A stretch of DNA of 48,078 nt from Vicugna vicugna (lineage: Eukaryota), in NCBI GenBank assembly GCA_013265495.1, contig MU057781.1, forward strand, positions 1,490,001 to 1,538,078, in the 5' to 3' direction. A program made the translations under genes and the position numbers. Below, piece by piece: positions 30,329 through 42,110 of the stretch (its first letter is position 1; each line of letters opens with the position of its first letter). The notes under the pieces were generated by a model, which did no database searches, was not told the origin of the DNA, and was given only the letters and a program-made list of their open reading frames with translations.

Positions 30329-32290
30329 AGAATGGCATAGTTTGTATTTATTTAAAGTTTTGTAGGTTTTTCTGGAAAACTTTCACCTGCTATGGTGGCC
30401 TTGGGTTGATTGTGAGTGTGGAACTGGTTGTGGTATTGTAATACATTTTGGTGGATCGTTTTTGGGCTTAATGGTTTTTAAAATTTATTTGGGGGAATGT
30501 TGGTGGTTTCTGATTCTACAACAGCTGTGGCTACTGAGCAGTATCCTGAGGTTTGAGTTCCTAACAAAACTGTCTTGGGTATGTTTCCTTTCGGGTTAAT
30601 AATGGAGCATGCCGTGATCCTTTCTGTTTTAAAGGATGAGGAAGTAGAGATTGCGTTTAAGTTTAGTGGGACAGGAACTGAGTGATTCATGACACTGGTG
30701 GTTTTTGGTGAGGAAGCTGCAGGCAGTGCTCGTTGTGCGGCTCTGGTCCTTGGCTGGTGACTGCCGTTGGTTGGCCACTACTTATTAGTGTTCTGGTTGT
30801 TCTGGAGGTTACTCGTGGAAGTTAAATAGGATTACAGTTAAGTGTCACAACGTAGGAGAGGAAATATGACGTAATTAGGCCTTTTGAGTCTGACACTAGT
30901 GCAGGGATTTTTATTTGGAAGAGAGAGATGCTTTGGTCGAACATTTTCTAGTCAAATTATATCCTGCAGGGATGTTGCTGGTAAATTTAGATGTGACAGA
31001 TGGTGTGTGGTGGTTGGAGAGTATCAAGAAGGTTAGAGGATTTGAGTAGGTTTGAAGAAGAATCAGATGTTAGATGTTGTGTTGTAAGGCTGATTCTGAG
31101 TGCCAGAATAGAACCTGAAATAGTCATGGCAAAGACTATTTGTTCCAAGCAGCAAGGCTGTTATTTGTGGGGTAATTGTTGGAGCGATGTTGCTGGAGGT
31201 GCAGAATGTGGAGGGGACCCTGCCAGTTCACAGCTGCTTACTAGGATTGACTGGGGTGGGTTATTTAGCGTGAGCGTGGAGACGCATGGCTGTCCCAGAA
31301 GTGCGGTGGACTGTTGTTGCGGACGTGGCAATGACAGCGACCAACAGGCCTCCAGTGCTGGCAGACGATGGGTTAGTGGTTCCAACTATTAGGTCTTTGG
31401 AGTAAAGCCTGTACGAGATGGTATTCCTGCGAATGCAAGCCCTCCGATGATAAGGGACGTTGTGGTAAAAGGCACTGCTTTACATAGACCTCCTATTTTT
31501 TGAGTATCTTGTTCACTGTAGGCTGAATAACAGACTCGGAGCGTATCAATGGCACGGCTTCGAAGTATGCATGTGTGCAGGTGTGGAGATGCTCCAGGTG
31601 GGGTTGGTTAATCCCCGGAGTTAGTACTAGGAGGCCCAGCTGATTTGAGGTGGAAAAGGCAACAATATTTTGGATATCATTTTGGGTGAGAGCATAGATT
31701 GCTGTGACAGCCCCTAGGCACAGTGCTATTGTTTGGGTGGTTTTATTGTTTTCTATTAGTGCATAAAAACGGACAAGTAAGAAGACTCCTGTTACAAGAG
31801 TGGAGTGGGGCTGGGGCTGGGGCTGCAATGGGGCGCTGCACTGGAGTAGGGGTCATGGGTGGAGCCAAAATCAGGCTAGAAGTCCAGTGAGGGGTAAATT
31901 AGAGTGATTTAAGGTTAAGTATGAAAATTTGTTGTAAATCCTATGCGTTTAAGTTGAGCAAGAGCCATGCTGTTGAGGTAATGATCCAACATCTCCAACG
32001 CAGTTTGTAAGATTGCTTGGAGGGCAGTGGGGTTTGCTCGTTTGACTGTGTCATCGTCCAGTGAATGAAAAAGACATGATTCCAACTCCCTCTCATCTGA
32101 TAAAAAGTTGGAGAAGGTTGTTGGCAGCAACTAAAACTAGTATGGTGATAATAAATGTGAGTAGGTGCTTGGAAATTGATTATTTGGGTCTGGGTGTCTG
32201 TATGATATTGAGAATTCTATAATTGACCATGTAACAAAAAGTGCTACTTCTATGAATATCATTGAGAAATGGTCTAATTTAAAGCCAATT

Positions 32291-32931
32291 GATGCAGCAA
32301 AGGAAACCATAAGCAAAATGAAAGACAACCTACGTTCTGGGAGAAAATATTTGCAAACGATGCAACTGACAAAGGCTTAACTTCCAGAATATATAAATAA
32401 CTCCTACAACTCAATAACAACAACAAAAAAACCCCAATCAAAAACATGGGCAGAAGACCTAAACAGATATTTCCCCAGTGAAGACATACAGATGGCCAAT
32501 AAGCACATGAAAAAAATGCTCAGTGTCACTAATTATCAGGGAAATGCAAATCAAAACTACAATGAGTTATCACCTCACATGAGCCAGAATGGTCATTGTT
32601 AAAAAATCCACAAATTATAAGTGTTGGAAAAGGTGTGGAGAAGAGTGAACCCTCCTACACTGTTGGTGAGAATGTAGTTTGGTGCAGCCACTATGGAAAA
32701 CAGTATGGAGATTCCTTAAAAAACTAAAAATAGAGTTACCATATGATCCTGCAATCCTAATCTAGGGCATGTATCCAGAGAAAATTCTAATTCAGAAAGA
32801 TACATGCAGCCTAATGTTCATAGAAGCTCTATTTATAACAACCAAGACATGGAAGCAACCTATATGCCCAATGAAAGATAATTGGATAAAGAAGATATAT
32901 TACACACACGCACACGCGCGCGTGCGCATGT

Positions 32932-32972
<41 letters not shown>

Positions 32973-33445
32973 GGAATACTACTCAGCCATAAAAAAGAAT
33001 GAAATAATGCCATTTGTAGCAACATGGATGGACCTAGAGATTATCATACCAAGTGAAGTAAGTCAGACAGAGAAATATCATATGATATTACTTATAAGTG
33101 GAATCTAAAAAAAAAATACAAATGAATTTATTTACAAAACAGAAACAAACTCACAGACATAGGAAATGAATTTAGGGTTACCAAAGGGGAAAAGTGTTGG
33201 GGGCTGGGGGAGGGATACATTAGGAGTTTGGAATTAGCAGATACAAACTATTATATATAAAATAGATAAGAAACAAGGTCCTACTGTACAGCACAGGGAA
33301 CTATATTCAATATCTTATAGTAACCTATAATGAAAAAGAATATGGAAAATAATATATGTGTGTAAGTTAATCACTATGCTGTAAACCAGAAACACAACAT
33401 TGTAAATCAACTAAACTTCAATAAAAAAAGATAATTAAAAAAAAT
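32291..33445 (+). mobile_element. 5'-truncated L1 (ORF2 end + 3' UTR) inserted into NUMT ND5; contains a (CA)n/(CG)n tract at about 32902-32970
   Basis: L1 ORF2 C-terminal similarity (YPEKILIQKDTCSLMFIEALFITTKTWKQP), A-rich tail, TSD AAAGCCAATT at 32281-32290 and 33446-33455. Confidence 0.92.
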
Positions 33446-33683
33446 AAAGCCAATTAACAGTTTCGGGTTTGAATAATAATTCTATGTCAGTTGGAAATGA
33501 TTATTTTCTGGTTTGAGGAAATAAATATTGTTGTGGGAATTAAGCTGGTAACAAAGGCATATGACATCATGGTTTTTACATAAAATGGACATAGGTTTCT
33601 TTTGAGATGTTGGAGGTGGTCATTATAGTTGGCAAAGTTAGTATAAATAGCGTGATTTGTGTAGAAGAGGCAAGTAAATGTAT

Positions 33684-33880
33684 TACTTTTATTTGGAGTT
33701 GCACCAGCATTTTGGTTCCTAAGACCAAGGAATTACTTCCAGCCTTTAAAAGTTTGAAAAAGCCATATTGTTAAAACTGGAAGCGTGAATTAGACATTTG
33801 CATCCTTTTTTGGGAAATAGCAAAGTTTGAGCTTCTGTTGTAATATTCACAATCTAATGTTTTTGTTAAACTCTATTTAC
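33684..33880 (-). pseudogene. Mitochondrial tRNA-Leu(CUN) 33684-33753, tRNA-Ser(AGY) about 33754-33811 and tRNA-His about 33812-33880 pseudogenes (part of NUMT)
   Basis: The reverse complement reads ACTTTTAAAGG...GGTCTTAGGAACCAAAA..TGGTGCAACTCCAAATAAAAGTA directly followed by the ND5 ATA start (33683); the His copy has TTAGATTGTGAAT. Confidence 0.85.
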
Positions 33881-34021
33881 CACATCTAGGCCCCCAAATA
33901 ATTTTGGGGTTGAGTGACGGGAGTAGACAGGGTAATGAGGGGAGAGTTATGAGGGTTTTTCTCATGTAAATGGTGGTTTAATATTGTTTATATGATGTGT
34001 ATGTTTCCCTCACCGTGTTAC

Positions 34022-34497
34022 TGAGACAGGAGCGAAGGGGGCAGGGCACTGAAGGAATGATACAGCAGTTAGCACCAAGAAGGCGGAAGACTCAACCCCC
34101 AGTAGACCTTGAGGCCCAAGACGGCAGGATATTTGACTCCCAGTGGACCTTGAGCTTCATGATACACGTTGTAGTGCATTAGCCTGATAAATGACACTCC
34201 CACAGGCGCCAGGACACCTGAGGCTGACCACAGAAGGTCAAAAGCAGGAGGTGGCCCAGCTCCTGGGAATACCCCTTGCCCCTTCACCTTCCAAGGCAGC
34301 CCGAACTCTGTCTACAGAGGGTATCACCTTTACTTTAACCAGCTTCCCCCCACCCCGTGTACATCTCCCTAAATAAATCTACCTTTATTCATCTGTGGCT
34401 TGCTCCTGAATTCTTTCCAAGGACTCTCACTTGAGGGGGGTGCATCCCAGGGACTCAGCCAAGACCTGCCTGCACCCTCCTCCTTTCTCTTGTATCA
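34022..34497 (+). mobile_element. Probable solo LTR inserted in NUMT ND4
   Basis: TG...CA ends, AATAAA near 34373; ND4 sequence stops before it and resumes after it. No clean TSD seen. Confidence 0.6.
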
Positions 34498-34596
34498 TCT
34501 TGACGAATGACTGGAGAGAGTGTAAGGCGGTGATGACTGTATTGACCACTATTTGGATGACACTGGTGTTGGGTCACGAGGAAGATGGTAGTGCCT

Positions 34597-35110
34597 TAAC
34601 TCAGCCAGGGCTCTTGTGCCGGTGGAGCAGAAAGCAAACTGACAGCAGGTGTCTGCAGCAAAGTGAGGGTTTATCCCAGGGCACTGAGCAAGGGCGGGAG
34701 TCTTGCCCTTGCTCAGTCTCAGACCCACTCCTCCTCGGTCTGTGACTTAGGGGATTTTGCTAAAGGGGAAGAGCTGAGAACTGGGATTAGTCACAGTTTT
34801 GTGACACATCTGTAACATTTCTGTGACATTTCTTAATCTAGTTTCAGGAGTCCACCAGGTGGTCTGTGGCTCTGGGGTCTGTTGGCTCACCCTGCCCTGG
34901 AGGGAGAGCCTGGGTTTTAATGATGATGTCTACACCAGCAATTCTAGTGCCTTAACTGTGTTATCAACAGCTGTGTTCTTAGTCATCTGACTCTGGGTGA
35001 CTAGTGTTCAGTCAGCACAGGATTGAGGTCAGAGGGGACAAGAAAGGGAATAAAGTTTTGGGTGCAGAGGTTAAAGTCAGTAAGGCAACTCGGTTCTAGG
35101 GGGAATTCAG
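34597..35110. mobile_element. Second insertion in NUMT ND4, probably an LTR
   Basis: Non-mitochondrial block; ND4 resumes at CTTCATTACTACGAAT (35111). Confidence 0.5.
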
Positions 35111-35819
35111 CTTCATTACTACGAATGATTCCCATTATGCAGATTGCTGGGGGCAGGGCTAGGTCTGTAAGAATTGCTGGTGTCACCACGTTGCTGTTTG
35201 TGGAAGAGATGTTGGTAGCCTGCGGGCTAGAGTTACGGTTTGTCCGTGAGCACGTTCGTCTTTTGAATTTGCTAAGCAAAACAATACAGATGATGCGAGG
35301 CCACAAGCAATTATTAGGGCGGTAGCCCGTCCACTGCTTCAAGGTGCCTGGATGAGAACAGTTCCGATGACAAGGCCTCGTGGCTAACGGAGGAGTGTGT
35401 AATGAGTGACTTTGAGTCTGTTCAGTGCAAGCAGGTTGAGCTGTTATGATTACTCCTCACAAGGATGATTTGAGTGCTGGACGTGCTACGTGGCGTGTTG
35501 GGGGTTTAGGACTACGTGCCGTGCTGTGCCCCGAAGCCACCCAGCCCATCGGGAGTGGTGCAGCTGGTCTCCCTGTGCCTCCCACATCCGGGGTTTCACC
35601 CTTGGGGGCGGATTTTCACTAGAAAAGCTATTATGCATGCTAATCATATGGAAATGTTGGATCAAGAGTCAGACATCGCTTGGGTTCAATACTGGATTAT
35701 CAGAACTTTCAGTGAACCGGCATAGTTTGGAGGAGTCCTAGTGCAGAGCTCCACCCCATGGGCAGGGCGGGCTTGCAGGTCTTCCTGGAGCAGTCAGCCC
35801 CCTGGGGGCCCGATGCCCC

Positions 35820-36000
35820 CAGGGGACAAAGCCCAGGGCCTGCAGCATCAGGACACCTGTGGGCGGGGTGGAAGCGGTGCAAATTCCAGGGTGGCAGGTA
35901 GGTAGGTGGGGTCGGGCTGGGTGGACCTGGGAGATACAGGTTCCACTGCCCGGACTTCTGTCCAGACACGCCCACATGGGGGCCATAAAACCTCCAGAGG
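35820..36000 (+). promoter_or_regulatory. PRAP1 proximal promoter: TATA-like CATAAAA (35984-35990) and HNF4/DR1-like GGGACAAAGCCCA (35823-35835)
   Basis: Motifs lie 120-290 bp upstream of the PRAP1 ATG. HNF4 control would fit gut/liver/kidney expression (inference). Confidence 0.45.
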
Positions 36001-36110
36001 CTGGGTGGGGAGGAGCGAGGCCTGGCATCTGGATCCCTGGGTCACTGGCTACCCGGGTCTGAGTTACAGGTCCCCCAGAGCACCCTCTACGCTGAGAACA
36101 GGACCCTGAA

Positions 36111-39100
36111 ATGAAGAGGTAATGCCCAACACCTGTGAGCCCAGGTCCCCACCCAAACCCTGCATCTCTGTTGCTCAGTCACTTGGTTCAGGGACCAGCC
36201 CCTAGGCACCTGTGTCCCCAGCCCGGCCTGGATCCAGGGGCAGGGGCGAGGGCTCTGTCTGCAAACCAGTGTTTGGCTGTGGCTGCCCAGAGCGCCAGCT
36301 CCTCCCGGGTGTTTGTGTTTGGGGCTTTGGGGCAGACCTCCCCTCCCGAGTCTCCCAGAGTAACTGTTGCCCATCTGTCTGCGTCTGGGCTCCAGCTCCA
36401 AAGGCAGCCCTGGTGGCCCCTCTGAGAGAGTACATTTGCCCGTTGGGGGTCCCTTGACCCAGTGGAGAATCACCCACTGGAGGAGGAAGTGCGGGGCACA
36501 AGGCCGGAAGGAGGCAGGTCTGACTGGGGGGTAGTCAAGACCAAGGGGCTGGAGGCTGGCAGGGGCTGGGGGAGGGGGCTCCTGCTGGACCCTGAAGTCC
36601 AGCAGAGCCCAAAGGGACGTCACCCTGGGAGCTGGTGGCTCAGGGAGCACGGAGGCTCCTGCTGGACCCTGAAGTCAGAGGCCATCCTCCCTCAGGGGGC
36701 TCCCCTCCCCTCCCCTCTTGTAGGGTGTCCCAACCCTGGGCCGGAGCTCTCTCTGGCCCTCCTGTCCTGGGGATTCTCCTAGGGACTCCATCTTGTTCAA
36801 GAGGCCATGCGGCCTTTATAGTGAGGTGGGCAGTCTTGGTGTTCAGAGCTGTCTGCCTGGAGAGGGGCCTTCAGGGGGCCCACAGCCAGGCTGCCCCGTG
36901 CTCACCACTGCCACCCCTGCTCCCCGGGTCCAGCAGCCTTCTGTCCTGCAAAGTGGCTTCCTGATGTGGCTGAGCAGTGTGGAGCTGGGTGTGAAGTCCA
37001 GACACGTAGGCCCAGGCCCCCATTTCAATCCTCACCAAGTAGCAGAACTGGCCTCTGTCCGGGGGTCGGTACCCAGGGGAGGCAGGGCAGTTGAACTAGA
37101 CCAGGCCAGTGCCCTGCAGTCCAGGGCATGCTCCCACCCTTTGGCCCCTCGGTGTGCATGGGAACCCTCACCCCAATGTGCTGAGTCACCTGGAGAAGGA
37201 GCGAAGGTCTTTGTGGGGCTGGAATCTGGGGCCAGCGGGACGTCATGTAGGAAGCCTTGGCTGGCCATCCCTGCTGACCCTGCGTTCCCTGGCCCTCCCC
37301 AGCCCCGGCCCAGCCCACTGCACACGCAGACTGCTGAAGATACCCAAGGCGTATGAAGCATTCTGAGTTTATTTAAGCAAAAATCTACTCGAAAATCTAC
37401 TCGAATCAGGTAGCATCCATCCAGCAGGAGCTTTCATTACAAAGTGAGACTTACAGGCAGAGGGAGCAGGAACAAGGAGGGGATGTGAAGCAGAGCCTCT
37501 GGCTGACTGCAAGGTCACTTCCCTCAGGGGGTGGCGGGGTCTCTGGCCACCCACCTCACCAGTGTTGACTCAGCGATTCCGGACTGACTGGTTTAAGAGT
37601 CTGCTACTGGAAGAGCCCAGACTGTAATTCAGTCTCAGTTGGGTGATATGGGGCTTAGCATAAGTAACTCCACCTGGGGCCTGTTGTGTTGGTTTTTAAC
37701 AACTTGAAAGTCACACATGCACATGGACACACATGCACACTGCACACGCCCACACCAGGCACGTGCCCCATAGTGTCTCCTGTCCGCCCTCTGCTCTCCC
37801 GACACTGCCGTCTTGGGTAAGGCCTCCTCATTGCTGTGTGCCCAACACCTTCCGCCCTGTGCACATCTCCGGACATCTACCTTCGGCCGCTGCTCCTCAG
37901 ACCCCTGCTCAGGCTGGGTCCTTGACCTCCTCTCCCTGTGGGCGCTCCCGGCCTCCCCCACGTCCAGGCAGGGACTACGCCTCTCCCGCCTCCTGGGCTT
38001 CCTGCCCAGGTACTGGACCTGCTGCCTGTCCACGGCTCTGGGACCTGCCTCTGAGGAGCCACAGGGCACGACTGCAGGGGTGCTGAGGGCTCAGAGCGCC
38101 CTAACAGCTGAGCCCCGAGCCCAAGCCCCACCAGCGCCTGAACGTGGGGCGCTGGGGGCCGCACTGACCCAGGCCAGGCCCTCGAGCTGGAGGTGGGGCT
38201 CAAATCATCAGGTCCAAGCAGGTGGCCCATGCCTGCAGGGTGGGGTCTGCCCCTAGTGAGGGGTGCAGGGCAGCTGGCAGGAGAGTGGCCTCTGGTCCTG
38301 GGGGTTGGGGGCTGGGAGTAGGTGGGGGCCTGTCAAGGTCCCACCTCTCAATGCCTGAGTGTCCTAGTCTGTGACAAGGGGGACAGTAAACTACCCATGG
38401 ACCTGGCCAGGACCTGGCCCTAGGCGTCCTGTCTGGAGATGGAAGGGCTGGAGCAGCCCCTCGCCCACCTCTCACTCTCCTCTCTGGTCCTCCAGACTCC
38501 TCCTGGTCATTGGCCTGGTGGCTGTGTTGCCATGGGAGGCAGGCTCAGTCTTGATACCCCAGGTAAGTGTGGGTTCCTCCCCAGCCTCCCCTCTGCTTCC
38601 CCATCAGCCAGCAGGCAGGTGGAGAAGGGCACCTGGCCGGCCCAGGACCTGAAGACTGCAGGCCCTGTGTACTGGGTGGTACTGTGGGCGCTGGGGGGAC
38701 ACAGGGTGACTCGGAGCAGCCCCTCTTCGGGGTCTGATGGACAAGCCTCCATGACCCTAGGTGACCAGGTGGGGGAGGGGGGCCTCCATGACCCCAGGTG
38801 ACCAGGTCGGGGAGGGGGCCTGCTGACACTTGCCTGTGCTGTGAAGCCCAGGGCACCTCCATAGGCAAGGCTGCTCAGCTGCGCTGGGTGTCAATAACTG
38901 TCTGGGTCCAGGACTGTGCTGGGGCTGTCACCTCCTCGCCCTGGGTCAAGGCCACTCAGCCCTGCTCACCTGGGAGCGACCAGTTGAAGAGGGAGACACA
39001 GGAGGACCCACAGTTGCTGGGCAGCACTCACTCCACTGGGTCCCTTGTTTCATTTGCTTTCTTGTCCCTGCTGGCCCCTCCTCCTCAGGCCACCAGTCAG

Positions 39101-40325
39101 GCACAGGTGGTGCGGGTGTGGCCCGTCTGCTTTCCTCAAGTCTTCCCAGAAACCACAGGGCCCCCAGCCAGTCCCCAGAGGGCCCAGGAGGGGCAGGCAG
39201 GGGTGGAATGGAGTCGGCAAGTGTGATCCAGGGGGCTTTGGAGCTGTCCTCTGACCTTAGCCGCTTTGAGGACTGTGCTGAGCCTACATCTGTGGCCTCC
39301 CTCTCTCAGGTCCTTCTCAAGACCAAAGGCAAAGTCAGCACGGAGCAGGACACAAAGGAGTGAGTGCCCCCAGCAGCCTCTCCTGAACTCCTCTGCTGTA
39401 CCCTCTTTGGGGCCTCCCTGAGCTGGGGGCCTTGGTGGATGGAGGAGAGGTCCCGTCCAGCAGATTTGGGGAGGGGTGATGCGAGAGTCTCTGGGTCTGT
39501 CAACAACCAAGCAGATCACAGAGCCTGGGGACTCCAGGCTGCAGTCCCTGCCAGGGCTCCCGCTCAAGGCCAAGGCAGAGACAGAGAAGCCTCTGAACTG
39601 TGCCCCATTCCTGCACCCATGTGAGGACAGCCTGACCAGGCCTGGGGCCTGCTGACATCTGGACAGGACAGAACCTCGGACAAGTCCCAGGGGTCTTCAT
39701 GGCACAGAGCAACCCCGTCCCCATGGATCCCCCCAGGCAACACAGCCTTGGTCTTGGGCCAGGATGTCTTCCCATGCCCCTCACCCTCAGGGATTTCCTG
39801 GGCTCTGCACATGAGGGGTATGGCAGGGGCACCTGGCCCGAGGGTCTGGGTTGGGAGTGGCAGCGTGCTGGCCCTGGGGCCTCCTGCTGCACACGTGGAC
39901 CTGACCCAGGGGCTTTTGTTCACAGGGCCTGGGGTGTCCGAGCAATGGAGCCTCTGGAGAAGGACAACCAGCTCATGGGGCTGCTTGTGGCACCAAAGGT
40001 CGCAGCTGCCCCCTGGGAGGGGGAGCAAGGTCAGGGCAGGCACCACCCCTGGGAGGAGGAGCAAGGCCATGGCAGGGGAGCCCTCCAGGGGTCGACTTGG
40101 CTGATGAGGCCTTGAGAGGGAAGCTGAGGCCATACCTCTATCTGTCTGTCCGTAGGTGCCAAGGACATCCTGGGCCCTGAGCCCGACCGTGACAGCCTGT
40201 ATCACAGCTGGCTGGAGGAGCCCCAGGAGGAGGCGGGGGTCAGGGCTCTGGTGCTGCCATCTCACCAGGTGCTCGAAGGGCCAGAGGAGGACCGAGACCA
40301 CATCTACCATCCCAGGGAGTCCTAA
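36111..40325 (+). CDS. PRAP1: Proline-rich acidic protein 1 (secreted), 132 aa
   Basis: Exons 36111-36118 (ATGAAGAG|GT), 38496-38562 (signal peptide LLLVIGLVAVLPWEAG), 39310-39359, 39926-40029 (AWGVRAMEPLEKDNQL) and 40156-40325 (PEPDRDSLYH...VLEGPEEDRDHIYHPRES*). Phases are compatible, total 399 nt; AATAAA at 40345-40350. Confidence 0.93.
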
Positions 40326-42110
40326 CCCCTTCCTAGCTGGAAAAAATAAAACTTGCAAAGAGGTGGAGGCCACATGTGTCTTCAAGATCAGTGACTGTGG
40401 GCCCTGGCCTGTTGTCTGGGAGAAGGGGGGCCATGGGTTTGCCCCGCAGTTCGAGAGCCCCCAGGAGCACAAGGCTGATCCCTGCTGCCCACGCCCAGAG
40501 CCCATGCTCTTGGGAGGGGGCTGGGGTGTGGCAAAGGCCAGTGGTCAGGGTGGAATTACCCTGGGCTCCATCAGACAGGTCCTGAGAATGGAAAGGTCTT
40601 GGGAGGAGGGAGCCCAGTCTGACTCCTCAGATGGACAGGTGGACAGGTGCTCAGGTGCACAGGTGAATAAGAGTGGACTTGGGTCCAGACTTTCTGTCCT
40701 CATTTTCTGGGCAGTTGCTGGCACTGTCTGAGGTCCCCAGCTCTGGCCTGGCCTGGCTCAGCAGGTCTGAAGTCACAGCTGCAGGTATGGGGTCACTGGA
40801 ATTACTCCACACATAGTGTTTGTGCCGGGGCGCGTGCAATTCAGATGGGGTTTCTGGGTAGCAGTCGGCCCCTGCATCGAGAGGGAAGCATTTGGTGCCC
40901 GAGCCCTCCCCGTGGCCCAGACAGAGTCGGCTCTGTGGCCAAGACAGAATGCCACACCTCACTGCTCTGGAGACCTTGGGTCTGTCCAGATGACCCCATG
41001 TGCCCTGGAGCTCCTGTTGCCCAGCAAGTCCCAAGCCCCCAGAACTCAAACATGCCTCCCAGCACCCACAGAGCAGAAGCTCTGCCAGCCCTGTGTTACC
41101 CATGAGGAGCCTGAGACCCTGCCCCGACACAGGCAGAGCAGGTCCCAGCCTTGCCGCCATGCGCCTCACCACCGTGCACCTTGCCTGCTAAGTCGGGGGC
41201 CCCTACTCCCACCCAGACCCGAGGAGCAGTGTCTGCGAGTCCCCGGAGTTGCGCCCAGGTCTCAGGCTGCCCTGAACTCAGCATGCGTGAGGCTCATGGC
41301 TTCTCCAGGTCACACCTCTGTCTGGTTAGGGGGCCACCCCTGAGTGATTTGGGTACAGGTGTCCCCAGATCCCAGTGAGCTCGGACCCAAGGTCATTTGT
41401 GGCCATGGCCCTGGGGAGTCCATGGTGGTGTTTGTGGCCAAGTCTCCTTCCAGCCCTCCCCCGAGGACACTTCCTCCAACCAGGGCACAGCTGGAGAGGC
41501 AGAGTGAGCTGGGGACCTGGACGTGTGCTTCAGTGCATGCAAGCCTCAGGAGCAGGAGACATTGGCAGAGGCGACAGACCACGGGTCTGTCACCAACGAT
41601 AGGTGTGGCTCCTTCTAGCCTTTCTTGGAATCGGGAGTGGAGGAGAGGGGAGGGGAGGCCCCTGGCTGGCTAGTCCCCCGCAAGCCCCTTCCCCGAGCTC
41701 TCCCAGGCGCACTCCCACCCCTCACCCCACCTACAGAGGCAAACAGACCCATTGAGCTTGCGTCACCGCTCTGTGTCCCGGTGTCATTAGGCAGCACTGC
41801 TTATGCAGACAGCCTTGGCTCCCCGAGGCAGCAGCCCTGGCGGGAACTTGGACGCTGCACCTGCAGAGCGGTGGCCAGAGACACTGGCTCTGGGGGCCGT
41901 GGGCTCTTAGTGAGGCGGTACCCACTGACCCTCACCCCAAACACCTGAGCTGGCTGCGACCCACTGCACCCCGTGGGACGTCCTCCCTGAGTAGATGGCC
42001 AGCAAGGATGCTCTATGCTCTTCTCCCAAGTCTGAGCATTTGGTTGAGCCCAAGACGCTTTTTGTGGCCCCGGCGCTCCCTGACAAGAGCTTGGACTGAG
42101 TGAAAAAGAC

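Larger units (their letters stand above)
29021..35735 (-). pseudogene. Ancient NUMT: partial ND4, tRNA-His/Ser(AGY)/Leu(CUN), ND5, ND6, tRNA-Glu and 5' CYTB, fragmented by TE insertions
   Basis: Degenerate mitochondrial translations: ND5 [21 protein letters not shown] (31493-31828) and [25 protein letters not shown] (about 32200-32290); ND4 LTDLALPP (about 35150) and WLACMMAF-like codons (about 35630); CYTB ATGACCAAC start at 30255 and [23 protein letters not shown] segment. Gene order is colinear with mammalian mtDNA; many stops and indels. Confidence 0.95.

Noticed and set aside
31493..31828. ND5-like ORF as a functional gene
   Set aside because: Internal fragment of a decayed NUMT with indels and stops nearby.
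36577..36676. Repeat-spacer-repeat as a CRISPR-like array
   Set aside because: Only two copies, eukaryotic intron, no cas genes.
39564..40505. 313-aa minus-strand ORF
   Set aside because: Antisense shadow of PRAP1 exons 4-5 in GC-rich sequence.
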